64,000 nucleotides of DNA from Moniliella sp. 'wahieum' (lineage: Eukaryota), in contig RSEE01000004.1 of assembly GCA_003971905.1 (NCBI GenBank), positions 372,001 through 436,000 on the forward strand, given 5' to 3'. Both the position numbers and the translations under genes were made by a program. Positions 60,632 to 64,000 of this stretch are shown one piece after another. Under the pieces are notes generated by a model. That model worked only from the letters and a program-made list of their open reading frames with translations, did not search any database and was not told the origin of the DNA. Numbering within the stretch: the stretch's first letter is position 1; each line of letters begins with the position of its first letter.

Positions 60632-63071
60632 TCATGCGCCAACTTGAACCCTCACCGTGTCGCTGGCCCAGGTGAGCAGGTCGCGTACAAACCCTGCCAG
60701 GTCGGACTGGGGGAAGCGAAGGTGAGTTTCCAGGCGGGTGAGGGTGTCCGAGTCGGGCTGGCAGACGGGCCGGGCAGCGCCGGCGTCGGCGCCCGAGGAG
60801 AAAGGGTGATGGTCTGCTGCCATGCGGGGCCATGAGCGGTGAGACGGGCAGAGACAGTGTAGGCTAGAGGCCCTTGCCGAGGACGGGGGCAAAGACGGGC
60901 AGCGGAGCTGAAGCCCCACCCTCGGTGGAAAGCAGCTCAATCGCCGTCCTTATCCTTCAATCCGCGAGGAACTTGAGGCGAGAGCAGGGCATCGAGCTCA
61001 GCGTCCAACTCGGCTGGAGTACTGGGAGGGGGCCGTGCTGCCTCCGCGTCCGAGCGAGGGTACACTGCTGCTTTCAGGAGCGCATTGAGTGCGGATTGGG
61101 CTTGCAACACTGCCACCACCCGCGTCCGCCGCCGTGCCGCATCTTGCTCAGGCAGGGGATCCAGTCCACCAAAGCCCACCCTGGCCACCTTGGGTGGCCG
61201 CAGCGATGACGATGCGGGCACATCCAGCTCAAGTCCAAAGGTAGGAGAGGCGGCCGGCGTACTGGGAGCGAGCAAATCCACCACTGAGTGAGGGTCCCTG
61301 TGACGCTCGCAACCGGAGTCGCGTAGGACATCCCAAGACGCTTGATGCTGCATGCATGGATCCCTGTTGTGTACGTAGGGAGGGCAGGACTCAGTTGCAA
61401 GCCCGCGACGACTCGGTTGCCCTTTAGGCGAAGGGTAAGCTCGATCTTCAACTCATCCTTGCTCTCGGAGCGATCGGGCTGGTCCAGTCGGTCCAGAGCT
61501 GTGTCCCAAGGTTGGGACGATAGGACGATGGTCAAATACGGCCGGGGAAAGTTGACAAGGCAAGCGGCAATGCCAAGGCTGGAGATGGAAGGTTAGTCCA
61601 CCGCATTCAAAACGTATCGTGCCCCATATAGACTCACTTTTTCAATCCAACCTGCAACAGGCATCGCGAATCTGCTCCGTTCGCTGCTGAAGGAAGGCAA
61701 AACAATCCTTCTCCGCCTCAGCCGAGTACGATCAAGTTGGGCCAAGAAGGCCAGGTTGGCACCAAAGCGGGCAAAGCGGCGTTGTACGTCCTCTAGCTCC
61801 AAATCCACCGATTCCGGCGAAACACGGTGCCGGAACCCGGCCGCGCGCACAGTGTAGTAGCAACATATTGCATGTCCGCCTGGAACAGCATGGCCAAGTC
61901 CAAGGATCCCATGTGCTCGGCAGAAGACACGACCTGTGCCTTCAAGGGACCAATCCCTGCATCCTGGTTGGCCTCCGCATTAGGAGGATCGGAAGGTACG
62001 GCAGACAGATCGGGCGCAAAGGCAATCCGAATGCGGACCACCGGCTTCCAGTGCAAGGTGCCAGCTACCGGAGCCACGTAAAACTCAACTTCGACAAGCA
62101 TCCCCCCAGCCAAGGTGAGCGTTTGACTCAGTTGGGCCTGCCTTTCCCCTTCCTCTCCAACGGAGGACAAAGTCATTTTCTCCTCCAAATGCTCAAGTCC
62201 CATGGGTTGCTTGAGCAACGATCCGATCAGACAGGCTGGCCAGCAGGGCTGCAACCTCTGTCCCCCCCTTATGGGAGGTGGTGTGTTGCTTACCCCTGCT
62301 CAATGTGTCGAGAGAACGGGTGAGCGACATGAACTCGACCAAAGCAGGGGAAGAAAACAGATTGGCTTTCTCAGCTTCTGCCTCCTTCTCATCGCCAGGC
62401 GCAACGGAAACAGAGGCTGACGCGGGTGAACTGGTACTGGTGTTGAAGAGGCTCACCGCTCCCACCCCATCACGATTGTTTGCAGAGGGGGTGGCGCGGT
62501 CGGTTTCCAAGATCAAAGGCCGTACCAGGGTGGAAGCCGTGGCGCTATCGGCGCCAGCTTCTTGCAACAGCAACGCCAGCCGATCACGTCCGCCCGGATC
62601 GGTTGGAAGGGTAGCAACGGCTGAGGCAGTAACAGGGGAGGAAGGCTTGTGCTGTGTGCTGCAAGCGCCTGTCCAACAGACCAGAGCGTGTCCTGAACCA
62701 TAGCCCGTGTTAGCGGTGGGGCCGCTGCCCCCAGCCTATCAAGGCTGTTGGTAGAACCGGAACCCAAGGCTGCACTGGCGCCCAGTCGCTCAGCGGTACG
62801 ACCATCAAAGGGATGCATGTAGACGCCTGGGCTTCGCGTCCGACCGGTCTCTTCGTCTGCCCGAGAGGGAAGGAGCGCTTCGACGCTCAACTGCAATGCA
62901 GCCAACTTGGCATACACCGAGGGCGCCTCCACCAGGCTGGCGTCCGCCTGCGGCGGTGGCGGCAACAACTGGGGCGGGACAAGGGGTTGGAGGTGGAAGT
63001 GAGAGCAAGCACCCCTTCCATTCCGTCCGGCACAGCGGTGCCAGTGCCGGAAGATCCTCGTTCAAGGCCAT
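60632..63071 (-). CDS. MED1: Mediator complex subunit Med1 (probable)
   Basis: Fungal Med1-like pattern GLEHLEE...TLTLAGGMLVEVEF...VRIRIAFA...LAMLFQADM...FARFGANLAFLAQLDR. Recognised from memory of the family; frameshifted. Confidence 0.65.
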
Positions 63072-63317
63072 GCTGCCCTGCACGCCAGAAGGGTGGTGGT
63101 GACGAGGAATACGGTGCTGGCAATGTTTCTTCGCACGGCCACTGTGCGCTGATGGAGACGCGATTGCCGCCTGCCTTGTCTGTTTCATCTGGGCGCTGCG
63201 AAATTAAAATCGGGGCAATTGTTATTGATGCCCCGCTATGCACTATGGAAACTTCGGCGCTCTAGCTTCAGCAGGGCGATTACATCCTGCCAGCCCAGCT
63301 GTCCAATACGCTCCATT

Positions 63318-64000
63318 CTATTCTTCCCCCTCATGGGTCTCCAGCCACTGACCGAACGCCTCTGTCCGAGCTTGCTCCTCTTGCCTCCTCCTCTTCGTTG
63401 GCTCCACCTCGGATGCCCGAACGACGAAACTTGGGCCGAACGGCGGTGGTAATGTAGGCTTCGACTTTACGTTTGTCAAACCAGCGACCGTCCATCTTGT
63501 CCACGCAGAGCTGCGCGGCCTCGGTCGTAGTAAAGCGCACACTCATCACGCCTTCCTCTTCCTTGTCGTAGATGATCACGTTGGTTACTGCACCGACGGC
63601 TGTAATGTCTCACACTCTTCTCGCACGTCCGTCTTCAGGTCGAGGAGCAGTGCTGGATCGGACTCCAACTCGGCGAGCGTAAACATGTGCTTGAGCACCA
63701 CGGTCCTCCCACCAGCCTCGGCAGGTGTAACGACTGCATACGACTGGCCTGTTGGGTCAGAAATCACCTCCTCGTCCGAATCCCAATCGTTCACTTTCCT
63801 AGACACAGACGAGTTGGTTAGAGACGATAAACTTGGCACAGAGCAGAAGACGCACTCGTTCAAGCGCTTGTTGCGGTCCTTGATGCGTTGTTTTTCTTCC
63901 TCCGTTCGTTGCTTGGGAGCAGGTGGTTGCCCTCCTTCTACCGAAGGGGCTGGCGCCTCCTTAAATTGGGCGCGTTCAACATTCATCAAGGGCTTGCTCG
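63318..64000 (-). CDS. CUS2: Splicing factor HTATSF1/Cus2/Uap2 (RRM + UHM); 5' part outside the window
   Basis: NVERAQF, KVNDWD, RTVVLKHMFTLAELESDPALLLDLKTDVREEC, VIIYDKEEEGVMSVRF, KMDGRWFDKRKVEA, acidic tail EAFGQWLE. Confidence 0.9.

Noticed and set aside
1..64000. Widespread frameshifts as mass pseudogenisation or programmed frameshifting
   Set aside because: They hit conserved genes (CNA1, GSK3, CUS2) whose residues are otherwise intact and often fall at homopolymers, which is typical of uncorrected long-read error.

Overview
Compact, intron-containing, GC-rich fungal (basidiomycete, probably Ustilaginomycotina-like) genomic DNA. It carries about 20 protein genes, two intron-containing tRNA genes and no recognisable transposon, rDNA or CRISPR. 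Almost every gene has 1-nt frameshifts, often at homopolymers, including conserved ones such as calcineurin A and GSK3. This is best explained as unpolished long-read error, so CDS ends are approximate and gene calls were stitched across frames by motif recognition. Order: OSH1/SWH1-like (-), zinc-ribbon protein (-), calcineurin A (-), DUR3-like transporter (-), tRNA-Ser(AGA), LTE1-like RasGEF (+), GSK3 (-), hypothetical (-), Rpp21 (-), MHYT sensor (-), giant RA-PH protein (+), tRNA-Gly(GCC), YPI1 (+), IMP1 (-), PPR-like protein (+), Zn2Cys6 TF (-), family III CoA-transferase (-), EHT1-like hydrolase (+), metacaspase (-), TDA10-like kinase (-), degenerate RPL12 (+), MED1 (-), HTATSF1/CUS2 (-, partial). 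The most notable observations are: a ~160-nt rod-like hairpin at 2062-2220 (candidate ncRNA); a 4-nt microexon that builds a CxxC motif; a decayed intron-retaining RPL12 copy; a 16-bp CDRE/GATA-like element shared by two promoters; and dense clusters of short palindromic words (CTNAG, ACTAGT, CATG, CGTAACG) concentrated in upstream intergenic DNA. I found no clearly novel multi-gene system; these are leads, not proofs.
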